The notes beneath the pieces are model-generated. The model saw only the letters and a program-made list of their open reading frames with translations. It ran no database searches and was not told the origin of the DNA. A stretch of 60,142 nt of DNA, filler included, from Globobulimina sp. (lineage: Eukaryota), in NCBI GenBank assembly GCA_003354225.1. It is 9 parts of 9 records of this genome, joined end to end, with 100 filler letters (N's around TTAATTAATTAA, not from the genome) between each part and the next. Parts side by side here need not be neighbours in the genome. Positions count along the whole stretch, not along the records: positions 1 to 6,609 come from PIVH01000265.1; positions 6,710 to 13,317 come from PIVH01000266.1; 7 more parts are not named here. One strand, 5' to 3'. The position numbers and the translations under genes were made by a program. This document shows positions 1 through 12,813 of the stretch, piece after piece (positions within the stretch are counted from its first letter, which is position 1; each line of letters opens with the position of its first letter).

Positions 1-60
1 TTGCCCCCTTTGCTGCCCGTGCCCTTGAAGCCACTACCACGCGGCCGTCCACGTCCACGT

Positions 61-107
<47 letters not shown>

Positions 108-1531
108 TCTACGACCACGTCCACGGGCACGAGTACGGGTACCTCTACTTACACGGCCACTTTTACGTCCACCTCTTCGACCACGACCGCGTCTGCGAGC
201 CTTCCTCCTTCCTTTCTTTGGAGGTAATATTTCAACACTCTCACTGTTGCTTTCATATTCTTTTTTGTTTCTTTTTGATTTTCTTGGTTTTCTCTTTCTT
301 TCTTTTTCATTCTCATAATCTATATATATATAACATTAGATATATTTTATCAAAAAAATATACACCAAATACCAAAATCAGTAAATTTTAAATTATAATT
401 TATTGTTTCTTGTTTGTAAGGAGACGTCTTTGGGGGGGTAAAATTATATTTTTCACAACAGATATATTTACCTGTGCTGTATCTCTTTCGTGGCGACCCT
501 AAACTCACCATACGCATCGAGTCTTTGATGCTTAATAAATAGCCACCTAATTTACGCCATAGATAACGCGGATACTGTAATCGTAAATCAAAGAATATAT
601 CACCTAAATTAAATAATACTTGACCCGATGGTGTTACAATGCAAACAACTGCCTTCCCTTTAAACCACCGCCATGTTTGCATAGCTTTGTTATCAACTGA
701 AGGTTGGTGTCGTGTCGGCAGAGGGTTATTTGCGGGATCTCTATTTATAAGATATATATATATTAGTAATATGAAAGTAATATACAACTAATAAATGCAT
801 AAAAAATCAAAAGTATAACATGAATTTCCTAGTAATATGAGAGTAATATAGCAGTTAAAACTGTATAAAATCAAAGATATAACATATATATAAACATACT
901 CGACATGTTTCGCCAATGGGATGTGTTTATTTCTTGTATGATCACAACAAATGGAAGGTTTACCTCTACCAGTTCCACCTACGTATGACATTTGAAATTG
1001 TCGTGCCCCGAGATGTCCACAATATGTACACTGGCCACATTTGAGGCTACGAAGTATTAATTTCACGAATGGTTTAGTACCAAATTCATGAATTTGGCTT
1101 GGTTGATACAAATTAGTAACAACAGACTCTGATAAATATTTGTGTAAATATGCATAAAAATCAAATGTCGGTAATTCACCATCAATCGGCAGACTTAATA
1201 ATTTAAGAACTTCCATTTTTAAATTTAATTTATCATAAATATTCTTATAATCTAAGACAAATGCATACATTTGATTGGCAAATAAGTCTAAATCATCAAT
1301 TTTAAATTTAGATTCTAATAAATGTTTAACAAAAGCGACAAATATCTCACCAACTTTAAGTACCTTGGCGTCTAAATAAAATCTAAAACACGGCGGAGTT
1401 GTACTGTATAAAATTATTGTGTATAAAAATAAAAGAGAGTGTATAAAACCAATTAACTTTTGTATCGCTGTAAATAATATGCTGTTTTTTCCTGTGGTCC
1501 CACTACGTTCCAATATTTTAATATCAGGCAT
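1..1531 (-). CDS. Multi-exon gene, 3' end off contig: Cys/His cluster, Bro-N-like segment and Lys/Arg/RG-rich tail; putative nucleic-acid-binding accessory protein
   Basis: Removing GT-AG introns 899..741 and 471..320 joins ORF 788-1531, ORF 350-787 and the minus-strand frame at 1-319 in frame (..KHVE|DPANN..; ..RYST|DYENEKERKRK..GRGRGRG). Motifs: CGQCTYCGH..CCDH and FKGKAVVCIVTPSGQVLFNLGDIFFDL. Confidence 0.5.
61..108. repeat. (CCACGA)n hexamer repeat encoding (RG)n on the minus strand
   Basis: Seven CCACGA units plus CCACGT seen directly. Confidence 0.9.
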
Positions 1532-1596
1532 CTTTTGACCCGACCCGGCTCTTTTTTTCTTTTCTTTCTTATTTTTCTGCGATCGTCCTCTGCTGC

Positions 1597-2453
1597 TTAT
1601 GCATGGCCCACTGGTATTCTTTCGTGTATTTTTATGATATTTCTTTGTTGTTTCTTCGATATTCTTGCTTTTTTTGTCCTTTTTTCTTGGTCTCCTAATA
1701 TAATCTGTTGTATATATGTATAATTATTGTGTACATTAGATAGAAATATAACAAAAAATAGATAGAAATATAACAAAAAAATAGTATTTATACCCGAGTT
1801 AGGATGTCCTCATATTCTGCTTCGTCTTCGCCTTCGTCTTCGTAATAGTCATAGTCATCTTCATACTCCTCTTCATAGTCACCATCCTCATATTCCTCGT
1901 ATTCATCTTCAAATTCCTCCAATTCATCTTCGGAAGTTACAATGCTGTCAACTTCGTCGTCTTCACTTGTTTCATGATAGCGAACTCTTTGGGTATTACG
2001 CGGTGATTGGCGGCTCCCCCGGCTCTTCGTAGTACCAGTCGTAAAATCTGTATAATGGTCAAATGCACGTTTTATTTTCATAGCATGCGCCAAATATGCC
2101 CCCTTGAATTCATCTTTTCTTGTTTTCATAAATTCTCTCAAAAATCCAATAATGCCCGTATCATCCTCACCAGTTATAATCATATTAATTAAATTCGCGT
2201 CCACCGACTGTGCGCCACCTAATTCCTCAAATAAAGTCATTACAATTTTCAATGATAATGGGCATTGAATGACATTCTTCATATATGAGATGATAATATT
2301 TGCGTCTCTTGACGGCTTCTTAGGCTTTGGGGCCTTCTCTTTTGCGACTGACGGATCGTCTGATTGTTGATCAGCTTGAACAACATTGGACTCTTCTTGG
2401 GTCTCTTCTTCGTCTGCATCATTGTTGGCACTGCTGCTGCCCGACGAAGCCAT
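1597..2453 (-). CDS. Acidic low-complexity protein, probably the 5' part of the gene at 1-1531
   Basis: ORF 1788-2453 with D/E/Y-rich tail. Donor at 1793 and acceptor at 1705 give an in-frame basic exon (IILGDQEKRTKKARISKK..) that reaches TAA at 1597-1599. The link to the downstream exons is unresolved. Confidence 0.45.
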
Positions 2454-2712
2454 GACTAAAATACTTAAATGAAAGGATTGAAAGAAAGTTGCTTAAAACT
2501 TTGTAGCTTTCTAATATATCTTTACACAGTAACAATGGCAAAGTCATGCAAAAGTCAATCACGCATTCTAATCAAGCACAGTTTAATCACGCACAACATC
2601 AACAAATATTTGGAACAATCTTATTATGTAAATATTTATACAATTAATTATATTGAACCTTATTATTTTAAATGTCTATAAAACAAAAGGTTTGTAGTCA
2701 ATGTCATATTTA

Positions 2713-5700
2713 TTATACATAAAAATTAAATCCAAACCAGAAACATGCTCGTTTTATTTGATTAAGCGAATGCTTTCTATTGAAATGAAGATATATTTTT
2801 TCCAAATTTTGCTTATCTAATTTCCATCCTTCTACATTGGAATATCGATCTAAATAAATTAATAATTTATAATTTTCATTCTGAGTCCATTTTTCTGTTT
2901 TGTCATATACAAATCTTAGTTTTCTTAATAAAATTTGTTTGTAGACAAATTCATTTATTTCCGCTTGGTTATAATTTATCTGTGGACATAAAATATGATC
3001 GGTGGCTTTTTTAGTTAACTGTAAAAAAATTAAATCACTGAATATATTATTGAACTCATCATGAATATTACGGTAATGTTCATAGATTTCACGTTTCCAT
3101 AAATGGAATTTATTTCTATTTAATACTATAAATGATAAGGTGACACGCGAATAAACCATCGCTACACTTTGTTTGCCTTTATGGGTCCATTCTTGTCTAT
3201 ACATTTTTTAGAATTTATAATATATTTAATATATACATATATATATATATAGTAAAAAGTATAAAATATGGATATTAAACGATAGAAATAATATAGATAA
3301 ATGAGAGAAAATTATCATACTTATTAAAATATGAATTGTTTGCTTCAATTCCAAGAGAGCCAGATCGTATCTTTGCTGGAGCCAATGTATTATTCCATAA
3401 AATCTTACTATTGTAAGGTTTACATTCTATTGCCATATGATCAATATATCTAGATGATGTAATATCAAATACTGGTTTCCCATCGCGTTTATCCTCGATC
3501 TTCTTCATCCTTAGTAATATAACAGTATATATATGATGACGAAGAAGGAGAGTCATTAATTATTTATTGTGATACCTCGGGACAGTCCAAAATTGATAAA
3601 ATCCACGTAATCCCGCGGTTAATTCACTGTGACTAAAGTTACCTACCTCTTCACATACATTTCGCAGTGAGGCAACATGATATAAACCTAATCTATGTAC
3701 CCATAATCGAACGGTTGAAGGCGGTGCTTTGATGCCCGGATAATACTCTGTATATATTTTTGAACTATTAAAATATTGTAATTTATGACATATTTTATCT
3801 TTATTAGTGAATAATAAATATTTTAATTTTTTGTATTTATCAGATTGCCAATTTAATGTCGGAAATTTGAATTTAATGAAATTATAATCATCGTCAGTCA
3901 TACTCGGTTCCTTATATGGTGGTGAATCATTCAGTATTTGTTTATATGTCACTAAATTATACAATAAAGCCATAAAAATTGACACTTGAATTGGAGGTAT
4001 ATGTCGTATAGCATGACCAATAATGTAATCATATTCTTTATTTTTATCGAGATTTTCATCGGACTGTAGTGAGTTATTAGAAATATTTAAGAAACAATAT
4101 AGAATTAAATCAATTATTAATATAAATATATTGTATTTAGTATATTTATACAATATTTCTACTTACTATCTCATATATATATATATGTACATAACATATA
4201 TTGAATGTTCTTTATTGTTGTAATATTCCCCAATTGTATCCAATGAGGTACATGCCTGCAGTGTTGTCACTGCTACATATAATTGAAGTGATTGTAATGA
4301 TTTTAAATCACAAAAATTATGTTTAAATTTATTATGTTTTAAATAAACTTTTAATGGTAAAATTTTCTTATCTTCAATCAAATATACATCAATCTGTGGA
4401 AGTTCGTGTCTATGTGACAAACAAATTCTATCTCTGTATGCTTCTTTATCCTCAGAACACCATTTCAGATTTCGAATAATATTTTTAATCCATAATATTC
4501 GTTGTCTATGCCATGGACATGCACCGGGCTACAAATATATTAGAAATATGCACATAAATCCAAGAAATACAAAGGAAATATAATAGATATATATAATAAG
4601 TAACTAATAAATGACAAGGTCCGTGTTCTTGCCATTGTGATAGTATATATACATATTTTCGACACAAACTCCAGATCTCACCACCCACTTTTTCATATTT
4701 TTGGCTTAATCGATTCAAAATATAGCGATATAGATATCTATTTTTGAATAAACCATCACATTTTAATACTAATAATTCCAATTGATGCTGTTGATATAAT
4801 AATAGATTCTCAAATAATTCTGTCAGCACAGGGAGAATATATTTATGATCTTCACCTTTGCCTTTTTGTAAAATGATTTGTGTTTGAAAATATACACAAT
4901 TTAATTAGAAATATTAGATAAATATGTAACCTGGAACAGGAATAATATCATAGACAAATTCCATATCATTGCCAGTTATTAACCAAGATAATAGCATTTT
5001 ACCTGCTTTGGTTTTGCGTAGTAATTCAATTGTAGGTTGCATTAAATGGGCGGATTCATCATATTCAATCTCGGGAATGTTATCAATAGTTAATTGTTGT
5101 AAATAATTATCATCGTCATTCTTATTTTCTGTATTATACTTATTATCGTTTTCATTATTTTGAAATATTGCAGGATATTCAGTTGGTCGTCTACCGCCGA
5201 CAGTGTCATAGATATTAGATCCCATATCAAATGTAAGATCATATGCAATAAAGCTGGTGGGTAATCGTAAAATAGGTATTCTCAATTTGTTGGCAGCGGG
5301 AATCCATTCTTTTTTATGTAACCACCAATATATTGCTTTCAAATCAACCTTCCTTGGTATTTGTGTGCTAATAAAATGAGAGATTGCCTTGTTATCCGGT
5401 GCAACATATTTCGATTTGTTTTCATGGTTTGTAAGGAATTTAGATATGTTGGTTTTTAATGTCGTTGAATAATTGGATTCAAATGTTTTCGACCATGAAG
5501 CTGTGTAATATAAATAGTACATTTATTTGTACAAACAGCTTGATATATCTTAGTAATATGAAAGTAATATAAAAAGTAATACATCTGAAATATGAAAGTA
5601 AATTATACATTATTACTAAAAAACAGATTGATATATTAAAATAATATGAAAGTAATATATTTGAAATGTGAAAGGAAACTGTACATTATTTACAAAACAG

Positions 5701-6334
5701 CTTCATATATCTTATTAATATGAAAGTAATATATCTGAAATATAAAAGTAAATAATATATTATTACTAAAAAAAACAGATTGATATAATACGAAAGTAAT
5801 ATATTTGAAATATGAAAGACAACTATACATTATTCACAAAACAGCTTGATATATCTCAGTAATATGAAAGTTATATTTCGGAAATATCAATGTAAAATAT
5901 TAAATACCTATTGTTGTATCCTCTTTATCGAAAACCATACCATTGCAATATATTAAAGTCTCCCATGGAACATAGTGTTGGCTTATTTTGCCGCAACAAA
6001 ATATTTTATCATCATTAACTTTAACATAATCGTTTGGTCCTTTTTTGAATCTATGATCTAAATTTAATATTTTGTACATTCGAGATGGAATTTTGGCACA
6101 CCAAACATTAAAATTGAAAGCAATTTGATTACCGTTTCGAGAATGAAGCGTGCTTATTTCTCCGCGTGATATATCGAAATTAATAGAACATGGTTTGTGA
6201 TGCATTGGACAACAGGTTTGTTGAAGATTAAATTGAATATCGACATTACTATTAATAAATCGCGACAATAATGGAATTGTTAATTTAGGTCTAGTGGCGA
6301 CCAATTGCTTTCTTAATTTATTAAAGCTATACAT
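2713..6334 (-). mobile_element. Mutator(MULE)/IS256-like DDE transposase, 7 exons, ~899 aa
   Basis: Exons 6334-5908, 5500-4931, 4861-4653, 4528-4196, 4063-3576, 3509-3321 and 3196-2713 (all GT-AG) sum to 2700 nt with no internal stop. Ordered motifs: N-terminal Cys/His cluster; FIAYDLTFDMGSNI (D, 5238-5240); LKCDGLFK (D, 4755-4757); ACPWH (CxxH, 4508-4519); GSLGIEANNSYFNK (E, 3344-3346). Confidence 0.65.
5515..5899. repeat. Intronic minisatellite, ~5 units of ~65-87 bp with alternating variants
   Basis: AAACAG(C/A)TT(G/C)ATATA recurs at ~5534, 5621, 5695, 5773 and 5838, each followed by a TAATA(T/C)GAAAG core; it lies inside the 407-nt intron 5907..5501. Confidence 0.8.
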
Positions 6335-6609
6335 CCGTTTATTAGCAATACGCGTCTGATGTGTGACAAAGAAAGACGCAGAGAGTAATAGCTTTTAGTC
6401 GGAAATAGCTTGAGCTGTAGTGCAAGAGAGTACCAGTATGAAGTTTTGAGTCTGTTAAATAAAAAACATTCTTTGTTACTATGAAAATTGACTAAATTAA
6501 AGAAAAAAAATCCTTTGAAAATCAAAATTCATATTTCTACGATATATGTCCTTCATATTTCTAGCATGTTTCTCAATGCGTGAGATATATGATACAAATT
6601 ATTATAGAA

Positions 6610-6709
6610 NNNNNNNNNNNNNNNNNNNNNNNNNNNNNNNNNNNNNNNNNNNNTTAATTAATTAANNNNNNNNNNNNNNNNNNNNNNNNNNNNNNNNNNN
6701 NNNNNNNNN
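6610..6709. other. Artificial contig linker (N44-TTAATTAATTAA-N44)
   Basis: Identical 100-nt spacer with stops in all six frames. Confidence 0.98.
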
Positions 6710-9700
6710 ATTCAATGTATTTTCTTCATTTGCTTCAAACGGAGTTATTGGACTGTCATCACCCATATCAATCTCAACATTGTCGTTATTTGTTTTTTTA
6801 TTACCAGTCATTTCTAAATCTATCCGATTATTACCGGCACCAACTTCATTTGCAGCATCATCGCAATTTATTTGTTTTTTATCTAAATTATTTTTTTCGA
6901 ATTTAATATATCTCGTTTCATTGTTCCAGGTATATTGCGGTAATTGCTTTCCTTTCGCATGCAGCTCATCCTGAATCTCGTCAAATATCTCAAATAAAAA
7001 CTTCCCTGCATCCTCCTGCAAATTAGCCATATATTTCTCATAAAACCTGTGAACAACAAAAGAACCGAAACGCGAATCCAATTTCGACTGAAATCCAAAA
7101 TTTGCTGCTTCCACTCTCGCCAACATATAATCCGGATTATTCTGACCATGTACCCATGCTTGAGATGATTTGATGTCAGATATTCCCACTAATTTTCCCT
7201 GCACATATCCCCCACCAACACTGGCTGTGGTCGGTATTGTGTACGTATTGGATGCCACACATTTATGTTGCTCGTAATGAGTGCTATTTGATGCTGACAC
7301 GGAAGTTTCGACAGTTTCTCGTTCGTCAGCACCGGAACAACAATCATAAAGTACGAAACGTGGTATTTCCCGGATTTTATTATGGCCCAAAGAGAATATT
7401 CGGTGCGCGGCCTCTCTCGAAAACTGCTTATAATCACTGGTGCACAAATAACCAGGAATGCCATGACAGGAAATCACTAATATCAAAGCGTCATATTTTT
7501 TGCCGGCGGAAATATTCTCTTCCAAATAATCTGCGTTTGATTCGAGGAAATGTTTAAGTTCATTTTGTGTCCACGTCGTTTTAGCCACATCTTGCGGCAC
7601 TGGAAAAATGTCATAATTTAAGGTGCGACCAAATAAATCCACCATATGTTCGACGTCCCATTCAATTCCGTCTAAATTTGGCAAATATCCCTCAATATCG
7701 CCTGCGTCCCTTTTCTCGCCATCATAATCAGCAATGGCTACTAATAAAACTAGCGCGTTTTTGATGTATTTCGATTGTTCTGCCCGGAGTTTACGTGGCC
7801 GATAAGCACCAAAATAATATGCAATAACACCAATTAAACAAAACAGCAATATCACTGCAACTAATATGGTCACCAAAGCTTCCCATAATTCATCGAATTG
7901 CGGCTCATACCATTCCAATGGATGTAATAATTGAGGTTCTGTGCTACTTTCAATTGAAAATTGTATACTTGAATTTATGTTGGTTTTTGCAGAGAAATAC
8001 TCCCTTAATTTTTCTTGCGCAGTGTTTCTAAATAAATCAATATCCAATACGTGCAACAATGTATCGCAGGCATCTTTATTGCATGAGATTTGGCTCTCAA
8101 TTGGTATGCTTTTGCGATCATGAAAGAATTCCAATTCATTCTTATTTTGATTGTTTGCTATATCTCCAATTTTAACATTATTTATTTTTTGGATTAAAAG
8201 CCAAAAATATTTATATGCCAAACTGCTCGTAGCTGCAAAGTATGCCTTTTCTAGAACAATTGTAATGTCTTTGGTGGCATTCAAAACATTAGAAACCAGA
8301 TAATGAGTCTCTTCTTTTCGGCATTCTTCCAATAAATATGTGATATCAAACGACAAATCGTACGCATTGTCAAGTGTTGGTATTCGCGTCGGATTCGCTG
8401 TGGGACTGAATGTTGGAGCATTGGTTGGATCAGTGGTTGGTGCGGATGTTCCATAACAAGCATAATCAGTGAATTCTGAAATCCATATTGGATAAAAACA
8501 AGAAATGATATCATATAAATAATTCAATATCGGGAGGTAATTTATTGTGAAGTGATAGCGTACTTCGCATGGAGCTTTTTGTATTTCTGTGAAATAATAA
8601 GTAATGGCATCACATGGCAGTGTGCCACCAAAGACATCCATTGCAGACTGGTTCAATGAGACAAATTCTGCACTGTCTAAACTGAGATACGCATTCAATG
8701 GATTACAGTCCAGATTGGCAATGATGAAATTTGTGGGGACGTAAATTGAAACATCTTTGTTGTAGTTATAAAATTTAAAAGTTATATTATCTGAGTCGGA
8801 GTAGATATGGATTGAGTCGCACGCATTTTGCGAATAGCAACGAATTTCCATTTGTGATGCATTTTTTATATCGATGGTGGTTTCCAAACAGGAATATTGA
8901 GCGACACATTCCATTGTAATTGATTCTATATTTGTGGCGGTGATAACACTTTGTTTGCAGGATGACTCTCCTTCACATAAAATGGAAACAATAGTTGAGG
9001 CTGTAATATCTATCACAGTTTGCAAACAGGAATACATTGAAGAGCACGCGATTAAAGTATTATATGTCGCATTTGATATTATTTCACTGCCAACACACGC
9101 TCCATCACACTCTATGTAACAGTTTAATGTATTATTACAGGTTAATAGTTGTTGAAATTGAGTAAGTGGATAATAGCGATCATGTGTTATATTTGTCGAG
9201 GTCTCATAGAAAAGAATAGAATGATTAAAGTCTGAATTATTAAAAGGACGGCATGGCGAAATAATAATTGTTCCATTGTCTACACCGAATCCGATCAAAT
9301 CAATCCCGATGTTTTGGAGCAATGTTTCCGGCTCAAAATTGATTAAACGCAATGAATTATAATTTGTGGTATTGTTGGAATGTCCAAAACCAATAAAGTT
9401 GGAGCCATGACTTGGTGATGGAGTCGGATTTATTGTGTGACTCACTGTAGCATTTAATGTAGGGTTTATTGTGGGATTTATTGTGGGATTTAGTGTGGTG
9501 TTTAATGTATGATTTGTTGTGGTCGTACAGCTCATTTCAAATAAATAGGATCCGGTGGATTGACCGACTGCAATGTATCCACCAATTCCAATGGTATAAA
9601 AACCAGGATTTATATCATATATATTCAATATTGAGCGATATATGCAACTTGATATATATTCACATATGCAACTTGATTGATAGCCATCAATGAGAGTCAT

Positions 9701-12542
9701 GTTTGAGGAATAAAAATAAATATGCGGAGTTGAAGAAGATCTGCAGGGAGTAATTATTAGCTTAGATACAAAGACATCTAATCTTAATGAATAATAATTG
9801 GTATCATTAGCAGTGAGAATGGAGCCGATAATATTGTTAGTTCCACAATCTACCGAAGGGAATGGTGGTGGTGCTGTAGTTGATATTGTTGGTGCTGCTG
9901 TAGGTGCTGTAGTTGGTGGATTGGTTGGTGCCGCTGTCGGTGCTGTAGTCGGTGTCGATGTTGGTGCAGCAGTCCAAATGTTGGCAGAATACTGATCAAT
10001 GTTTGCATTCACATCCATCAGTTCGATACAATACGTTTCTAGGCAGTAATTGTTGTCCGCAAAATGAGTTTGTAAAATGGAAATAGTTGAATTTACATTG
10101 TATACAGCAATTAAATGATTTATATTGATATTGTGTTCGAAGATATTATCATTCATTGCAATGGTTCCACTGAAACCTTTTTGATAAATGAGCGAAAATA
10201 GGTTTTGATTGTGATGAAATAATGATTTTCTTATTTCAATAAAACTATAATCATCCTTTGAATTTATTAAATGAATAATGCCTTTGCCCACTCCTTTATT
10301 GTTTGAAAACTGCACAGCATCAAATATTACCATTCCACCATCGACAACAATCATGTCTGTAATTAAAGAATTGCCACTAAACACAGTGTCTGTGACAGAT
10401 ATCATGGCCTCATTGCTAATTCTAAACAAATTGTAGACTGCTTCATAATTAATAAATTCACAGTTAATAAATGTGACATTAGTTCCTTCGCCATCAAAAT
10501 GGAAATTTGACGATGAATGTTTTCCATCGAATCGGACATTTGAGAAACGGACATTTGCTCTGTGGAATATTTCAAACGATGCGTGGTTGGAGGTGATAAA
10601 TGTGAGATCTTTGATTGTAAGGAAACACTGCCAATGACATTCAAGAGAGATATTATTATTTACCGAATGATTTAAAAATGTGTTATCCATTCCCGCGCCA
10701 TGTATCTGTATTTGATCAAACTTAGAGCGGATAACATCATATAACTCAAATGTACCCTCTCCAATATCAATAATTCCGTTTGAATCATAATGGCCGCAGT
10801 CAGCGATATTTCCATGGAAACAATTCCATGAATAATTTAGTGTTTTGCACGTGGACGGTTTTACCGGATCACTGCAGTCCACCTCCAAACGCACTCGCAT
10901 ATCATGCCAACATCCATAACATTCTGACTCTGTTGTCCAGCAACGAGCACTTACGCTCTGTTTATATGTTTTTTAATATCAATTATCAATGATATGATAC
11001 ATATCATTTGAAAGCACTTAACTGCATCATTCATAAAATAGAATATTTTGTATGGCTCTGTATCTGTATAAAACCATTCAGAAAATGATGTGTTTACCGG
11101 GCAATCTAGGAAAGCATCACTAGTCGGATACGAACAGTGGGGTTCACCGCCAAGACATCCATCATTCAGCAGATTCGATGCATTTTTGTATGCAATATAG
11201 AACCTTTGATGGTCATATTTATAGTCACTAGGCTCAAATGCCACTGTTATAACCGGATTATAGCAAATGACATCTTTAGCGAGTGTGACACACAGCGATT
11301 CTGTGCGTGTATAGCCAACGAATGAATTGCTAAAAACAGCATTGCTGCTTATTGTTGTGATACTGCGTACATCAGACTTGCATTCGGGTGGTATGGCCGG
11401 CTGATACGTCGAGTTTGGAGGTTGCGGATACTTTTTACAACAGCTATTAGTTTGATGCAGATGTTGGTTTTGACAGATCGAGTCATAATCAAATTGTCCA
11501 GCTGAAGAGGAACAATTTCCATCGTCACATCCTTTGCTTCGAACATATAAAATATTGCGACTTGAATAAGGTGTCATTATGGGAGAAGTGGAGGGTGCAT
11601 TGGTCGGCGCCGCCGATGGAGAATTTGATGGTGCATTGCTGGGATGGCTGGTGGGGATGAAATAAGTCGAACAGATGCTGGCAGTTTCCATTCCAGTCCA
11701 GTCAACACAAGCCCAATCCCCTTTTTCTTGATTTGGTAAAGCTGAGATAGCGCACTGCGAAGTAAAATCCGCTGTACATTTAAGAACTGCTCGACGATAG
11801 GAAGTTTCTGGACTGCAATCATCCGTACAATGTATATTAACATCATTTAGTCCTTCTACAGCATATATTATCATGTCCCGCGAATTTTCACCGTTTTCAA
11901 AAAACAAGTTACAATTATTTGTATTTCCATATAATCCATCATTTGGACAATAAATATGTGCATATTGCATGATGACACTGTAAATATCACCCCCTAACAC
12001 ATTTATATACAATGTGGAGGCTGCACCATGGACTTTAATAGACCCACAACCCAGCGACATCGAGCAGGTGATGTTACAAATTGCGTTGTCTGGACAATTA
12101 ATATTCGCTCCTAATAAATTGTACGAGCTGTTACGTCCAACAACTGTTAAATTACCAGTTCCTGCATCTTTCAGGACAATATTTATGTATTTATGTATTT
12201 ATAAATGGGTTGGCGCAGTGCTTAACTTATTGTGGCATGTGCACACGCCCCATATCCATCACATATGACATTTAAATCTGAGGCGTTGCCTCCATCTGTT
12301 TTAGGATAAAAAATAAAATTAAAAAATATTAATGTAAGTTGTTAACTGATTGTTGCATCGCTACAGCCGCTCCCAAGAAAATCTGGAGGCGCTCCCCCTC
12401 CACTACACAGAACTGTGCATCTTGCATTGCCTAAACAAGTGACATTTGTGTTATAACAACCGTACTGGCCAGAAATGCATGATATATTCTCACAATAAGC
12501 ACTTTTAACCATAGACAATAAAAATATCATTGTGATCCTCAT
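6710..12542 (-). CDS. Type I membrane receptor-like protein: Cys-rich, beta-helix-like and PTxxPT ectodomain, one TM helix, cytoplasmic caspase-like (peptidase C14) domain; 3' end truncated
   Basis: Signal peptide MRITMIFLLSMVKSAYC at 12542. Introns 12346..12296, 12226..12168 and 11022..10958 join ORFs 12342-12716, 10951-12060 and 6662-10900 in frame (>=1,886 aa). TM ALVTILVAVILLFCLIGVIAYYF followed by RPRKLR. Caspase motifs NALVLLVAIADY, LVISCHG (His 7463-7465) and LYDCCSG (Cys 7337-7339). Confidence 0.85.
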
Positions 12543-12813
12543 TGTTGATTGCTTTGAAAACAACTTTAATGCCACAAACAGAAAGCAGCACAATAAGGTT
12601 GCTGCGCCATTTACAATCCAAACTAAGTGGTGAGTATTTTTTGCAAATCGTAGTAAAATTTGCAATTGGTATGTTAAGAAATACAAACCATTTAAGTGAC
12701 ATTCTGGGCAAAGCATTGGTTCTTGAAATAAATTCGCATAATTTCGTGATGGATCATAATCATTTGCTGCATATATATGTTATTAAAAACATCAGATTCA
12801 AATAAAAAAGAAA

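Noticed and set aside
1-318. Plus-strand ORF with (PR)n repeats
   Set aside because: Antisense shadow of the minus-strand (RG)n exon, which has a proper acceptor at 320-321 and splices in frame.
3560-3562. In-frame TAA suggesting the transposase is a pseudogene
   Set aside because: The stop lies within a 66-nt GT-AG intron (3575..3510).
3675-3700. RLGLYH as the transposase C/DxxH motif
   Set aside because: After splicing, CPWH at 4508-4519 sits at the expected distance behind the second Asp and fits better.
6654-6665. TTAATTAATTAA palindrome recurring every ~6.7 kb as a biological repeat
   Set aside because: Always centred in identical N44 flanks; a synthetic six-frame-stop linker.
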